DNA of 64,000 nt, from NCBI RefSeq assembly GCF_002105155.1, contig NW_019029015.1:1-64000 (forward strand), given 5' to 3'. Both the position numbers and the translations under genes were made by a program. The notes under the pieces were generated by a model. The model worked only from the letters and a program-made list of their open reading frames with translations, did not search any database and was not told where the DNA came from. This stretch comes from Lobosporangium transversale. Its lineage: Eukaryota. Shown piece by piece: positions 9,725 to 21,081 of the stretch (position 1 is the first letter of the stretch; each line of letters opens with the position of its first letter).

Positions 9725-12700
9725 CTACCTTCTGTTCTTATGTCTTTTCTGAGCCCTTGACCCTACAACTGTTGCAGGTTGCTTCCTCTTAGCCATTTTG
9801 GCAATCATATGAGGGTTCTGCTGATTAAGCTTTTTATAGTACTTATTGATCATTGCTTTGGAGTCAAAATCTTCGTACCTAAGTTGCGAGTTGTGCTCAT
9901 CGTCATATCCTTTCCATTTAACTGTGTACAGTGTCTCTCCCCCCTCAGAAGTTTCATGACTCAAGATAGCTTCGACTTCATAATGATCATCGGCGTCATC
10001 CGAAGCATCAAGTGGTCGATCCACTAGCTTAAGCTGTTCAGGAGCAAAATTACGAGGTAGTAGTTGTCTCATCGCGTCACGGAGAACATATGTACCACGA
10101 ACAGTGCGGCGAACTACTTGAAACGGCCCAATGTACTTATTATCAAATGTACTATTAGCCAAGGGGTCCTTGATCATCACATAGGCGGCAATAGGGAAGT
10201 CAGTTATAAAATGATTTGAGTTGAATTTATCCACCATCTTCTGCTGCGAGGCTGTACTCTTATCTGCAATAGCAGGGAATACAAGGTCAGTAAGATACCT
10301 TAAGCGCTCATTCAATTCTGATTCAGATAGCAATCGTGATTCCAATGCTGAGAAGTCAGATATTCCAGCGAAAGATCGACCATAAAACAGCGAAAAAGGC
10401 GCCGAGCCATGAAGGCTAACAATTCTAGTATTCATTTGTAACTGGACCATAGGAAGTTGGTCATCCCATTTAGTGATTTCGCCTTGAATAGATTTCTGCA
10501 AGAGATCTTTAAGGGTACGGACATTACGTTCTGCTAAGCCATTGGCCCGAGGATGATAAGGCGTAGTAAGCCTATGATCAATCTCAAGCTTGGTAGTTAA
10601 CGATCTGACAACTAAGTTGACAAATTCAGTCCCATTATCACTCTGGATAATTTTAGGGAACCCAATGGAGCAGAATAATTTGAAAAGTCGAGCGGCGACA
10701 GTGACCGCATTACGATTAGGTATTGGTTCGATAAAAACAAACCTCGTGCATACATCTACGGCGAGAAGAGCGTATTCGTTGCCTGCGTCGCTGACAGGAA
10801 ATTGGGCTAGATCAAAGGCTATGTGCTCGCCTGGTAGAGTAGCATGTATTGCTTTGAGTGGATGGCCTTTACGCACGATATTATAGTGCTGGCAAGCAGA
10901 GCATTGTCTTATCCACTGATTGCAGGTTTCACGCATTTTGGGCCAGTTATACCCTTGCTGCTGCAATGATAAAACCATGGCATTAATACCAAGGTGTCCA
11001 AAGCTGTGTGTATCTTTCAAAAGTTGCTTTTGCTGATCATCAGTAGGCGCCACTCGTTGCACTTCTTGATCTTGAATCTGGTGCACATAAGGTAAAGAAG
11101 TATCAAGACTTTCAATCCTTGGAATAAGATCTGCTGATTGCGTAACTATTAGAGGATCAGTTGTGTCAGTGGAGCGTAAGCTGCGTCTCGTTGATACTGC
11201 AGATACTCTTGTAGACTCTGATTGAGAAGACTCTGGATGGGTCGGACTATTTTCTCGGGCCCATAATTCATCAGGAAAAGCTCTCGATAGCGCATCAGGA
11301 ATAATGTTCAGCAATCCAGGTCTGTAGATGCATTGGAAATCATAGCTGAGAAGGGTTTCTCTCCAGTCCGCTAAGATCTGTGAAAGTTCCTTTTGTTCAT
11401 GAATATAAGTGAGTGGTTTGTGATCAGTGTATAGGGTGAATTTGCGACCCCATAAGTAGTAGTGAAACTTTTTGCAAGCATAGATAATGCCTAAAAGTTC
11501 TTTCATATATGCTGGGTAGTTGCGTTCGTGGTTCTTTAAAGCTCTAGCCATAAAAGAAATATAATTGACTTTGGTGTCATCTTCAGGACCATTTGGTAAT
11601 TGATAAAGAACTGCACCAATACCTAGATTAGACGCGTCAGTGGCCACATAAAAGGGCTGAGAGAAGTCAGGGAATGACAATACAGGTGCTGATATGATGA
11701 GCTGTTTGAACTGATTAAAACAACGCAATTCTAGATCACCTAGTGTAAAGTGTCCTTTGACGTTTCTCAATTTATCCAAAGGTGCTGCCAAAGTACTAAA
11801 GAGGGGTATGTATTCTCTGAAGTAGTTAAACATCCAAGGTATCTTTGTACCATTTTGCCATCGGTGGGAGGAGTCCATGATTGAACATTAGCAACTTTTT
11901 CTGGATTAATCCTTCTACCATTTGCATCGATGACGAACCCGAGCAACAAAACTTCCATGCGGAGGAAATTGCTCTTTTCCTTATTGATAATCAGATTGGC
12001 ACTTGTCAATAGTTTAATCACCATTTTGACATGTTCAGTGTGCTCTTCAATGCTGTCGGAGAAAATGACAATGTCATCAACATAAACGCTAACGAAGTGA
12101 AGATCTCCAAGCAATTGAGACATTCCTCTTTGGAAGATGCTAGTCATAGGCTTCAATCCAAAAGGAGCACGAGCAAACATATATTGTTTGTTCATATGCT
12201 TAAATGCCGTGTAGGGTTGGCTTTTCTCATCCAGAGGTAATCTATGATATGCTTGTGACAAGTCAATTGTAGTAAAATACTTATGGCCTGCAGCTCGTTC
12301 CAATATTTCGGAAATGATAGGGATAGGAAAGTTATCAATATCCACGAGCTGCTTATTCAGCGTTCTTGGGTCAAGACAGACTCTGTATTTAATAATTTCG
12401 CCTTCTATGTTCTTCCTTGCTGCAAGTGTGAGAGAGTTGTTGTAGGGGTTACCTTTAGGCGCCTCAACTATAACTCCATTGTCTAGCCATTTCTGTACGG
12501 TGGTATTGACTTCATCCATTTCTACTTGCGCGTAGAACCTACGAGAGCGTTCTTGAATCACGCAGTCATCTCTGACTTTTAGATGGACTCTCATAACGTC
12601 TAGTGGACAGTGACTCTTGGGGTCTATCTGGCTATTAGAGCAAAGGAAGGGCTCAATGGCTAATAAGAACTGTTTCTTCTGTTCGATGAACTCAGTTTCT

Positions 12701-14928
12701 AACTCTTGGTCTTTCATAATGGAGGGTACAAGTGGCGGTTTACTTTCATCATCTAAGAAATCACCTGTCTTTTCAGCAACAGCTGTAGCTATGCCATGGA
12801 TCCCAAAGCCGAAGCGGTAAAATAGATCCATTCCGATAAGGAAGTCGTAATAGCCCATAGGCATCACACTGACTCTGCATTCTACTGTTCGGTGATTACA
12901 AGAGAGAATAATAGCATCTACTGTGCCGACATTTTGAAAACCAGTAGTGTCATCTGCAAATCTAATTACAGTGTTTTTCGAGGTTGTAGTCCTTATTTTG
13001 AGGTCTTTGGCTACTTCTCGATTGATAAAGGATACATTGGAACCAGGATCAAGTAAAGCCGTGTATAAGAGGCCATTTATAGTAATGGGAACAGATATTC
13101 TGTTGTCTTCCGGTTCAGGTCCTCTATAACCAATATTTCTACTCGGTTTGGGATCCGCATAATTGTCATACGGATGTGGTGCTTTTGATTGTGGTTGTTT
13201 AACATTTAATACAGCACTTGTCGCTGCTATTTTTAAGGAATGGTTTATAGACACGGTTTTGTGAATCAAAGATGAATACTTAGGTGTATCTGATGAAGGG
13301 CCGGTAGGGCTGTCAACATAAGGGCAAATATCCATTCGGTTTATTGCGAGTTCAAGATCATTTCCTAGAACGTCATCAAAGCTATCTTCTTTCATTTGAC
13401 GCAGGGAGGCTACCTTCTTATATTGAATAGGCCCCTTCTTGTCTCTTCCGTGAGCTTGCTTGTTAAGCTCGGCAAACTTGTTTGGATTTGTATGCCGAAA
13501 GCAGTCTGCATCTGAATGTTTTCTGTTCAGGGAGACGCAAGTAGGGTCCTTACAAGGATTGGAATTGCCGGCCCTTTGGGCTCTTTTCCCTGTGTTATAG
13601 GGATGGCGACTTTCTACCCTTTTGGAATGGGTTCTTGATTGTCGACGATGCTGCTGAACCTCCTTAGGTTGGTTGTCCTCTGCATTCTTGGTGGGAGACA
13701 GCTCGTTCCCAAATTTGTTTATAAACCACGCACATGGATTTCTTCTTTCACCAGAAAGGACACTAGGGTTCATTCTGATAAACTCAAGAAGCTGGTTTAC
13801 GTCCGTAATGGTATCCAGCGAATGAAACTCAGATAGGACTTTCTCTCTGCCTGCGTCTGACAGCGTCGAGGTGATTTTCCCATATAAAAGAACACCCATT
13901 AGCTGCAGACCTCCGGCTTCAATGAGCAGCTCTATCCGGTCCACATAGGAATTAGCGTCTTCACCAGACATAGGAGCGAGGTCACCAATTTGACTTATGA
14001 TCAGGGAACGAATGAGATCGAACTTCAAGATCTTTTGGATGCATCTTTTAACTTGATGCCAAGATCGGTTTTGATACACAGGGGTCTTGATAAGTCGGTC
14101 GTACTCTTCATGAAGGCCTGTAGGGACTAGCGCTAGGTTCATATACCTCCACGCCATGTCGTCAAACAGATCATCAGTCAGATAATTGGTATAGTGGGTC
14201 TTGAAGGACTTCTGAAAGTCCACGACAGTCTTGATAACTTTGAATGGGACATCCTTCAGGGGAATTCCTTTAAGCTGGAATCGAAGCGAAGGGGCTCCTG
14301 ATTTCTCTTGGATTTGCACCCTGGAATAATCGATTTCCATGGATGCTTTGTCGATAATGGGGATCCTCTTATAATTGAAGACTCTCGCCAATGCGACATG
14401 TTTCTTGATCCCAATGACAGGAAATACATCGAGACCGTTAGAGTCTTGCGTTTCAGTTTCTGGAAGCGACTGATCCTCATGAAGGGTAGCAGCAGGTTGC
14501 CTAGATTTGTTCATGGCTTCCTGAGTGTTGATCAGGCCTTTAATCATTTGATAATGGGCCTCTGCTGTTTCTAGCTTGTCAGTGAAATTTTTATTCATCT
14601 GCTCAAACTCCAGCTTAGCTGCTTCAGCTTCATCGGGAGGAAAGGCTGGGTTGATAATTGTCGTGTTGTACTTAACGGCCAATTTCATCTTCTCATTCAA
14701 ACACTGCTGGCGGTTGGCATCAGCTTGTATAAGTGATTCTTTCAGCTGGCTCAACAACGCTTGGGACGGGGCTTCCGCTTCCGCAAGCGTGGGAGGATGC
14801 CCTACTGGGGTTGTTCCGGGCAAGGGCATCATTGTCTCTTCCGGTAGGGTAGAAACAAAGGTCCTAGGTGGGGTTTGCTCGTCGAAGACGGGAGAAGATG
14901 GTGTGGAGTTGGTTGAGTTAGAGGCCAT
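9725..14928 (-). CDS. Gag-Pol polyprotein (gag, aspartic protease, RT, RNase H, integrase, chromodomain) with one frameshift near 11835
   Basis: ATG at 14928 (MASNST); ALLDPGSNVSFI; YVDD; DASNLGIGAVL; H..GH...CSAC; SDNGTEF / AERNV; GPF; YEVEAIL...VKWKGY chromodomain. RYLG/MFNYFREYIP is split across frames. Confidence 0.93.
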
Positions 14929-15436
14929 TGTGGTAAAATGATGGTTGGTATGAGGGTGTAGGAGATATTGTTTCTTGATGTAAATTGTGTGTGTTCGAAA
15001 AAGGTTCTGATTTTTTTTTTTTTTTTTTTTTATACATATATATACGAGTGCCATCATCTCTATCCATGTTAAGACACAACGCGCCAGGATGGCATGGTTT
15101 GTATACCACGTTCCAAATTTGGAGGCAAATTAACAATAGATCGCTCTGATCTGCAGGAATTCATAATTACCCCACATTGCTCTGTCTCCTGGTCCAAAAT
15201 AAACATTTTGAATTGGTTTGTGAGGGTGTGACGCTTAGTAACATGGGCAAAATCAAGATCAGTGATTGGTTGATGGTCATGCCATGCATGGTGAATGCGG
15301 ATTGGATGAGGATGTCAATGGGAATGTAATGGTTGAAATTCAATTTTTTAAGCAATTCTCGCTCCTTCATTCCTCATTCCTAAACCACAGCCATTTTCAA
15401 ACTTTGCTCAAACACTTCAGACTACACCAGTTTCCC

Positions 15437-15468
<32 letters not shown>

Positions 15469-15475
15469 AATAATA

Positions 15476-16114
15476 ATGTCTTCAAACACCAGGAACAATA
15501 CTTCTACATGTTCACGCACCACCAGGCTAATGACACGTCAACAGGCTGAGTCAGAGGCCCAAGAGGCAAGGCTTAGTCGAAGCCAAAATCGTCTTCCTCT
15601 AGCGTCACTGTCTCTCAATATTAGAGCTCGATTTGCTGGACCCAACCACCAGGAGAACGTGTCAAGAATTAGAATAAGAGTGCCCGATTCCTTATCTCCA
15701 GAACCGGAGCCCCATACCCATGCCTCTAATACTTCAAGTGGAGAATCAGTGAGGCGAGGATCTGCTAGAGAGTCTCATCAGACTAATGCAGCAGGCTCTT
15801 CACGAGGGGTATATAAGGGAAAGCGTTCTAGAGAGGATTATTCAGGATCTGTTGAGAGTTCTTCATCTTCACCGTTTAACAAGAAGAGTAGATTGTTGAA
15901 AGGACAAGATTGTAAATGTGCGAATGAATTTAAGCTAGTTTTGCATTATCTCCGAGGTGCATATAGCAGGATTGATAGTCTAGACGAGGTCATTTTCGAG
16001 CAAGGAAAGACTATAAATGTTCTTTCAATGAGGTTACAAGAATTAGAAGCTAAGCATGCCTCTGGGTCAAGTCCTTTGACTAAGAATAAGGGGAAGGCAA
16101 AAAGCCGAGAATAG
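15476..16114 (+). CDS. Antisense cargo ORF 1 inside the retrotransposon (212 aa; S/R-rich, C-terminal coiled coil, basic tail)
   Basis: Intact ATG-to-stop ORF between gag and the 5' LTR, opposite strand; heptad-like YSRIDSLDEVIFEQGKTINVLSMRLQELEAK; ends NKGKAKSRE. Confidence 0.6.
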   Translation: MSSNTRNNTSTCSRTTRLMTRQQAESEAQEARLSRSQNRLPLASLSLNIRARFAGPNHQENVSRIRIRVPDSLSPEPEPHTHASNTSSGESVRRGSARESHQTNAAGSSRGVYKGKRSREDYSGSVESSSSSPFNKKSRLLKGQDCKCANEFKLVLHYLRGAYSRIDSLDEVIFEQGKTINVLSMRLQELEAKHASGSSPLTKNKGKAKSRE

Positions 16115-16337
16115 CAGAATGGTTTTTTAACCAAAACTTTGATTGTATGATTCGAATAAAGTAAAAAAATAAGTGTAGGCTTCAGCTTATTTGTGAATGG
16201 ACTTAGGATTGATGGTCTAGACAAGACCATTCACGAGCAGAAAAATATTATCAATGCTCTTTTAGAGAGGATACAATGTTTAGAAGCTCATCACACCTTG
16301 GGGTCAAGCTCTTCGACTCATCATAATTTTTGATTTA

Positions 16338-16734
16338 CAGCGTTTTTAATTGTTTTATCCATTTTAAAATAAACTTTATCGGTTTTTTTTTAAAATTGTT
16401 CCAATGAATAAAAAAATTTATCCAAAGGTAAGTTAAAAAGTTGGCCGAAAAGGGTTGAGAAATTTATCCAAGTGTTTGCAAATTTTGTCCAAGTGGTCAT
16501 GCGGAATTAACCATGACTTTTGTGGGACATGGAAAAGGACATGGTGTTTGGATATTTGTTACAGTCGGTTCGGTTATTATGTTTGAAAAAATGGATAATA
16601 TTTCAGACACATTCGGATAACTTATAGGATAATTTTATTAGCTTAAATGGATAAAGCTTATTTCCCATCGGAGCAATGCAAATTGAAAATGGATAAATGT
16701 TTTTTTAAAATGGATAAAACAATTAAAAACGCTG
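16338..16734. mobile_element. MITE with ~32-bp perfect TIRs and TA flanks (Tc1/mariner-like, non-autonomous)
   Basis: TA|cagcgtttttaattgttttatccattttaaaa ... ttttaaaatggataaaacaattaaaaacgctg|TA; internal ttatcc/ggataa subrepeats; no ORF. Confidence 0.85.
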
Positions 16735-17173
16735 TAAAATAAATATTTCAATAATAATAATGCAACTGTGGGGAAGTGAGTTGTTCTAGTGCAGAAATAT
16801 ATTAAGAGTATCTCTGAGAGCAAATAAGCTTTGTTTTGTGTTTGGAGTGTTTGAATGGAGCTAGCACAGGCAAAATATTTGTAAAGCTCTCTCTCTTTTT
16901 TTTTTTTTTTTTACGCATGTCAAAATCTCAATAATTCATTGGTCCATTAGAGCTGAGGATCACGCCATCGTCTTTTCATGGAGAAAAATCTCAATGGCGA
17001 ATGAGAATGAAGCATGGATGGTGAGGGATGGATGATTGTGATTATAAATTGATTGTCATTTTTCATTCCTCCATTCCTCATTTCACTCTTCTCAAACTTT
17101 TTGACCTTAACACTCTAACACTTCCAACACTTCACATACACTTTTTACAAGTTCTTAACACTAAATTTTCACC

Positions 17174-17764
17174 ATGTCTTCCAACGTTGTTTCCCCTAAA
17201 ACCCTTATCACCTCTTCCGCTGCTCAGGATAAGGGCAGAAGTCAATCTGTTCAGGAGAAGGGTGAAAACCATATCACCCTCGACTATTCGCTAACCAGCA
17301 TTGGGGAAAGTAGTGGAAGTGAGGAGGAACGTGGACGTAAGAGGATTCTCAAGCTCAGGAAGGATCCCATACTCAGTTTGGATCCCTATGCTGATCCTGC
17401 CTTAGAGCAGTACAATCGGCATCAGCGTATGCTAAAGAAGGGGTTGAGGGATCTTTCTCGATCCCCTTCTTTGGAGATCGGTTCCTCCACTCATACCGTT
17501 TCCTCTAGTGCCACTGAGACTGTGCTCGGCCGAAGGAGCCGCAGCGAGACCGATGACGAAGAGGCTGAACCTTCGAGGCGTCGTCAGCGTATTAGCAAGA
17601 CGACGCAGGAACGCCTTGAGGACACTGTCAGGGCCCTCTGCAAGCGGGTTAAAGAGCAGGATGAGAGGATACTGAGTTTGGAAGTTGATATAGAACTTTT
17701 GAAGAAATCCATTCCTTCTCCTACTGTTCGTCGTAGTGGTAGAAATCGCAAAGGAAAGAAATAA
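17174..17764 (+). CDS. Antisense cargo ORF 2 inside the retrotransposon (196 aa; S/R/E-rich, coiled coil, basic tail)
   Basis: Intact ORF with caccATG start; LEDTVRALCKRVKEQDERILSLEVDIELLKK heptads; ends RRSGRNRKGKK. Confidence 0.6.
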   Translation: MSSNVVSPKTLITSSAAQDKGRSQSVQEKGENHITLDYSLTSIGESSGSEEERGRKRILKLRKDPILSLDPYADPALEQYNRHQRMLKKGLRDLSRSPSLEIGSSTHTVSSSATETVLGRRSRSETDDEEAEPSRRRQRISKTTQERLEDTVRALCKRVKEQDERILSLEVDIELLKKSIPSPTVRRSGRNRKGKK

Positions 17765-17921
17765 ATCTTGCGATTGTTGAAATGAATATACTTATCTTAT
17801 GCGGGATGTATGATAAATATGTAAATATGATGAGGAAAATGATAGTTGAGATGATATGAATAGTATGAATAGGTCCTCATCCCCGCTTAATAAGGGGTTT
17901 GTCTTTCTACGTTAAAAAAAG

Positions 17922-18058
17922 TGAAATATGCCAGGATCATAATAAGTAACGAGAACGAAAGAAAGATGTGTTTATTATGATCCGGGGATCTTCGTTAAAT
18001 AAAAAGGGTAAAAATCAGCTATAGTAAAAACCCATGTAAATGACTGCTAATCGCAACA
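17922..18058 (-). repeat. 5' LTR (137 bp)
   Basis: Near-identical to 9269-9407; followed on the minus strand by ctttttttaacgtagaaaga rather than a TGG-type tRNA PBS. Confidence 0.95.
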
Positions 18059-20958
18059 AACCGCAAGAAAAATAATAAAACCATGTTTACAAAGCGATGT
18101 CTTGGAGTCTACAAGTGTTCGGTAGATAGCTGCGAGTATCTAGCAAGGCCCAAGCTGCCTGCAAGCAAGAGTGTAGACGCACTCCCCCTGGCTCCAGAGG
18201 ATCCATGTAAGATACATAAGCAGCAATTGATCCACGTTCCATGCCAGGCAAGAATAATGATCGAGCGCATTGGCAACCTTGAAAAAGCTCGCCATACTGG
18301 TTTCCACTACCATCAGCACCCACCATCTATTAAGCCGACCGCAGAGGCTATGGCATCATTCGTGGATATGGTGAAGGTGGCATCAGAGGCGGGGCCCAAG
18401 ATGTTGTTAGTTGGTACGAATACTCGACCGTCTGTCTTGGAGCTCCATGATTCGTTCAATAACCTCGGTCGTACTGCACACCACAGAAGGAAAATCTTAA
18501 ATGGAATTAAGAAACCTTGGAATATCACTTCTTTGGCTGCATTCGACCGCGAGTATAAGATGATGAAGCACACATTATTATTCAGGCGGGGTTCATGAAG
18601 GAGATGCTTCGAAGCATGGATGGCTGTATGCAGACTGACTCAATTGAATCATTTGTCCATGATGAGGATTTTCCAAATATCAACATTACGTTCACAAGCG
18701 CGTTCAATTTTTGATCAACAGGACGGTGCCTGTTGTGATGTCAATGCTGTTTGGAAAAACACAAAAGCACTATAAGCACCATTTTCTGGCAATGTTTAAA
18801 TACTTACCTTTCAAAACATTTGCTGAATTTACTGAGGGCTTTTCTGGAATGGTCTGTGACTTCAGTAAGGCGGAACGTGTGGGGTTTGAGCTTGCTGTCC
18901 GCGAATATTTTAGGCTCGATGATAATCATGAAGTACAGCTGGAGAACCACTACAGATTCTGTGAAGTCCATTTCCGTCGGTCCTTAATGAGAGTGCAGAG
19001 AAATTCTGCCGTAATTCCACCTTCAGAAGAACTGGTTTTCAATCGCAAATGCCTAGATCTCCTCGACAAGCACGCTGAAGAAAAGTTCCATGGGCTTATT
19101 CAAGATTTGGTAGAATCTTTTCCAAGGACAAAAAAATGGATCGATTGGTACATGCATCCAAATAGAGCAAAATGTATTTTCCAATCTCTTTCTAATGTTG
19201 ACATTTCAAAGTTCTCAAAGGATACAAATGCCCAAGAGAGTCTGGGAGGGGACTTTAAGCGCCATGCACCAACTAATAAAAAGGGTATGAATGTCGGAGA
19301 CACGTATGATTACGCCTGCCGTTACTTGAAGCTAATCGAGCGCGATATTGAACAAGCCTTGAAGGGATCGACGCTAAGATACCACCCAATAAGTACCCTG
19401 GGAGAAAAAAAAGAGCAGCTCACAGCAACGATGGTCGCGCGCCAGATTGTAACAAGACACTGTTCCCTGAAATATTTAAGCGGCAACGTCGAGCAGGCCG
19501 CCCTAAAGGAAGTAAGAACAAAGTTCCCAAGTTAGTGATTGACGAAGAATGGGAAGGCCTCGCAATACCTTGGCAGATCCAATATGGGGACTTCGACGCA
19601 ACCAATACATGCCCTTTAGACGCTCCTCTTATGCTTTGGGTGCTTTTACGTAGGTTTTCCGGTATGTGCTATTCAACAGCCACCTTAAAGGCCTCTGAAG
19701 GAGCCGTACTGGAAGAAGTCGTAAAATTGGTATTAGTAAAAGAGCACAACAAGGCAAGACGGATATGGTGCAAAGAGATCTTAGGTTTGACGGAAGGGGA
19801 GCATGACTTATGGGGGTCTGTTGAGAATACCTTTACTGATCATTTGCAAGGCTTGGCTACATTGAAAATCACTTACGACTCGACGTGTTCTGAAGAGGGA
19901 TGCCCCAATCGAAGTTCAAAAGAGACACAAAGCTCTGCTTATTTTTTCATGAAGGGAGATGCACGGCACATTAATCAAGAAAGCTTTGACATGTCGACTA
20001 AGAAAGAACACGCTCCCTGTTCTTTGCCAATGCAGACCCAGGGACCCCGCAAGCGAATGCTTTCATTTAATGTCGACAGTGGGACGTTGGAATCCCTGGA
20101 TGTGTGCAGTGGCATACGAGCATATTCCCGAATGGAGGTAGTTGAATGGCCACTGCTACTCATTATCGACTGCCTTCAAGCATGGCACGACTCTCCAGGG
20201 CCATTCGTTTGCCCAGACCGATGTATTTGTCTCGATGGCGAGGATTTTAATTTGGCGGGTGTTATCCTCCACAGTCAGACCGGGGGCATTATACGAGCAT
20301 GGCTATGATCAAGGGACGCTGGGTTTACTATGATGGTATGAAACAGCGTAAGTTACAATGGGTCGGTGACCAAATGATTGTTCCTGATGGTTTTCAACCA
20401 ACTCAGGTATGGTACCTGAGGTCCCACGACCAATTAGCCGGTAACGAGACGGATATCTCTAGTAGTGCCAGCACTACTAGTTCCAACGAAGGCTTAGGCG
20501 AGTACCAAGGGAGCTCCAAGGGGGATTCAAATGAGAATCAAGGAAGCCTCAAGGAGGGTTCAAGTGCAAGTCAAGGAAGCTCTGAGGACGATTCAATTGA
20601 GAGCCACGGAAGCTCTAAAGAAGATCCAAAGGTGGATTGTATTAAGCAGCCACAGAAAGCACAGCAAAACTATCCATTCAGTGTTCTCACCGACGTCGTT
20701 ACCAATAAGGGAAGGTTGCCAACACGTGAGGGCTGTAATAGTCAGCTGGAGAGGCAAGCTAAAAGAATTGTAGTCAAGGTCCCAAGTAACATCAAGAAAG
20801 GGTGGTTTATTACAAGGTCCTACCACTTTCTTCGGACTTGCCTCACTAAGCTGCCTCAAGAGCAGTACGATGTGGCCATGCGGCAACTGGGAGTGCGGGT
20901 AACACGATCACAGCATCTGCAAAGAGTGGAACTATTGGAGAATAATAGTATTGCATAG
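18059..20958 (+). pseudogene. Mutator-like (MULE) transposase, 3' part: GCM domain, DDE core, AT-hook, USP-like protease, PARP-type zinc finger; frameshifted
   Basis: KRCLGVYKC...C.YLARP...C.IH...C...H.H.HPP (GCM-like); QTDS, CDFSKAE, FCEVHF (CxxH), TNAQES (MULE DDE core); NDGRAPD, GRPKG; NTCPLD and GHY...WVYYDG; frameshifts at ~18560, 18710, 19410, 20285. Confidence 0.8.
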
Positions 20959-21081
20959 AACAAGTTGTAGTATCACTACATATGATTTGTGCGGGCGTGT
21001 TTTTAGTATCAATGTATCTTTAATGTGAGTGCTTAGGATCAGTGCATGCTTGATTGATTGTTTGTGGAAAAAAAATGGCAT

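Larger units (their letters stand above)
9269..18058 (-). mobile_element. Full-length Ty3/gypsy chromovirus LTR retrotransposon (~8.8 kb)
   Basis: TG...CA LTRs at 9269-9407 and 17922-18058 differ by one substitution and a 2-bp indel; TSD aactg/aaccg; polypurine tract (minus ggagggggag) beside the 3' LTR; gag-PR-RT-RH-IN-chromo order. Confidence 0.95.

Noticed and set aside
11767..11878. Programmed ribosomal frameshift in pol
   Set aside because: The shift falls inside the conserved RT thumb motif (YLGMFNY) with no slippery heptamer; a 1-bp loss is more likely.
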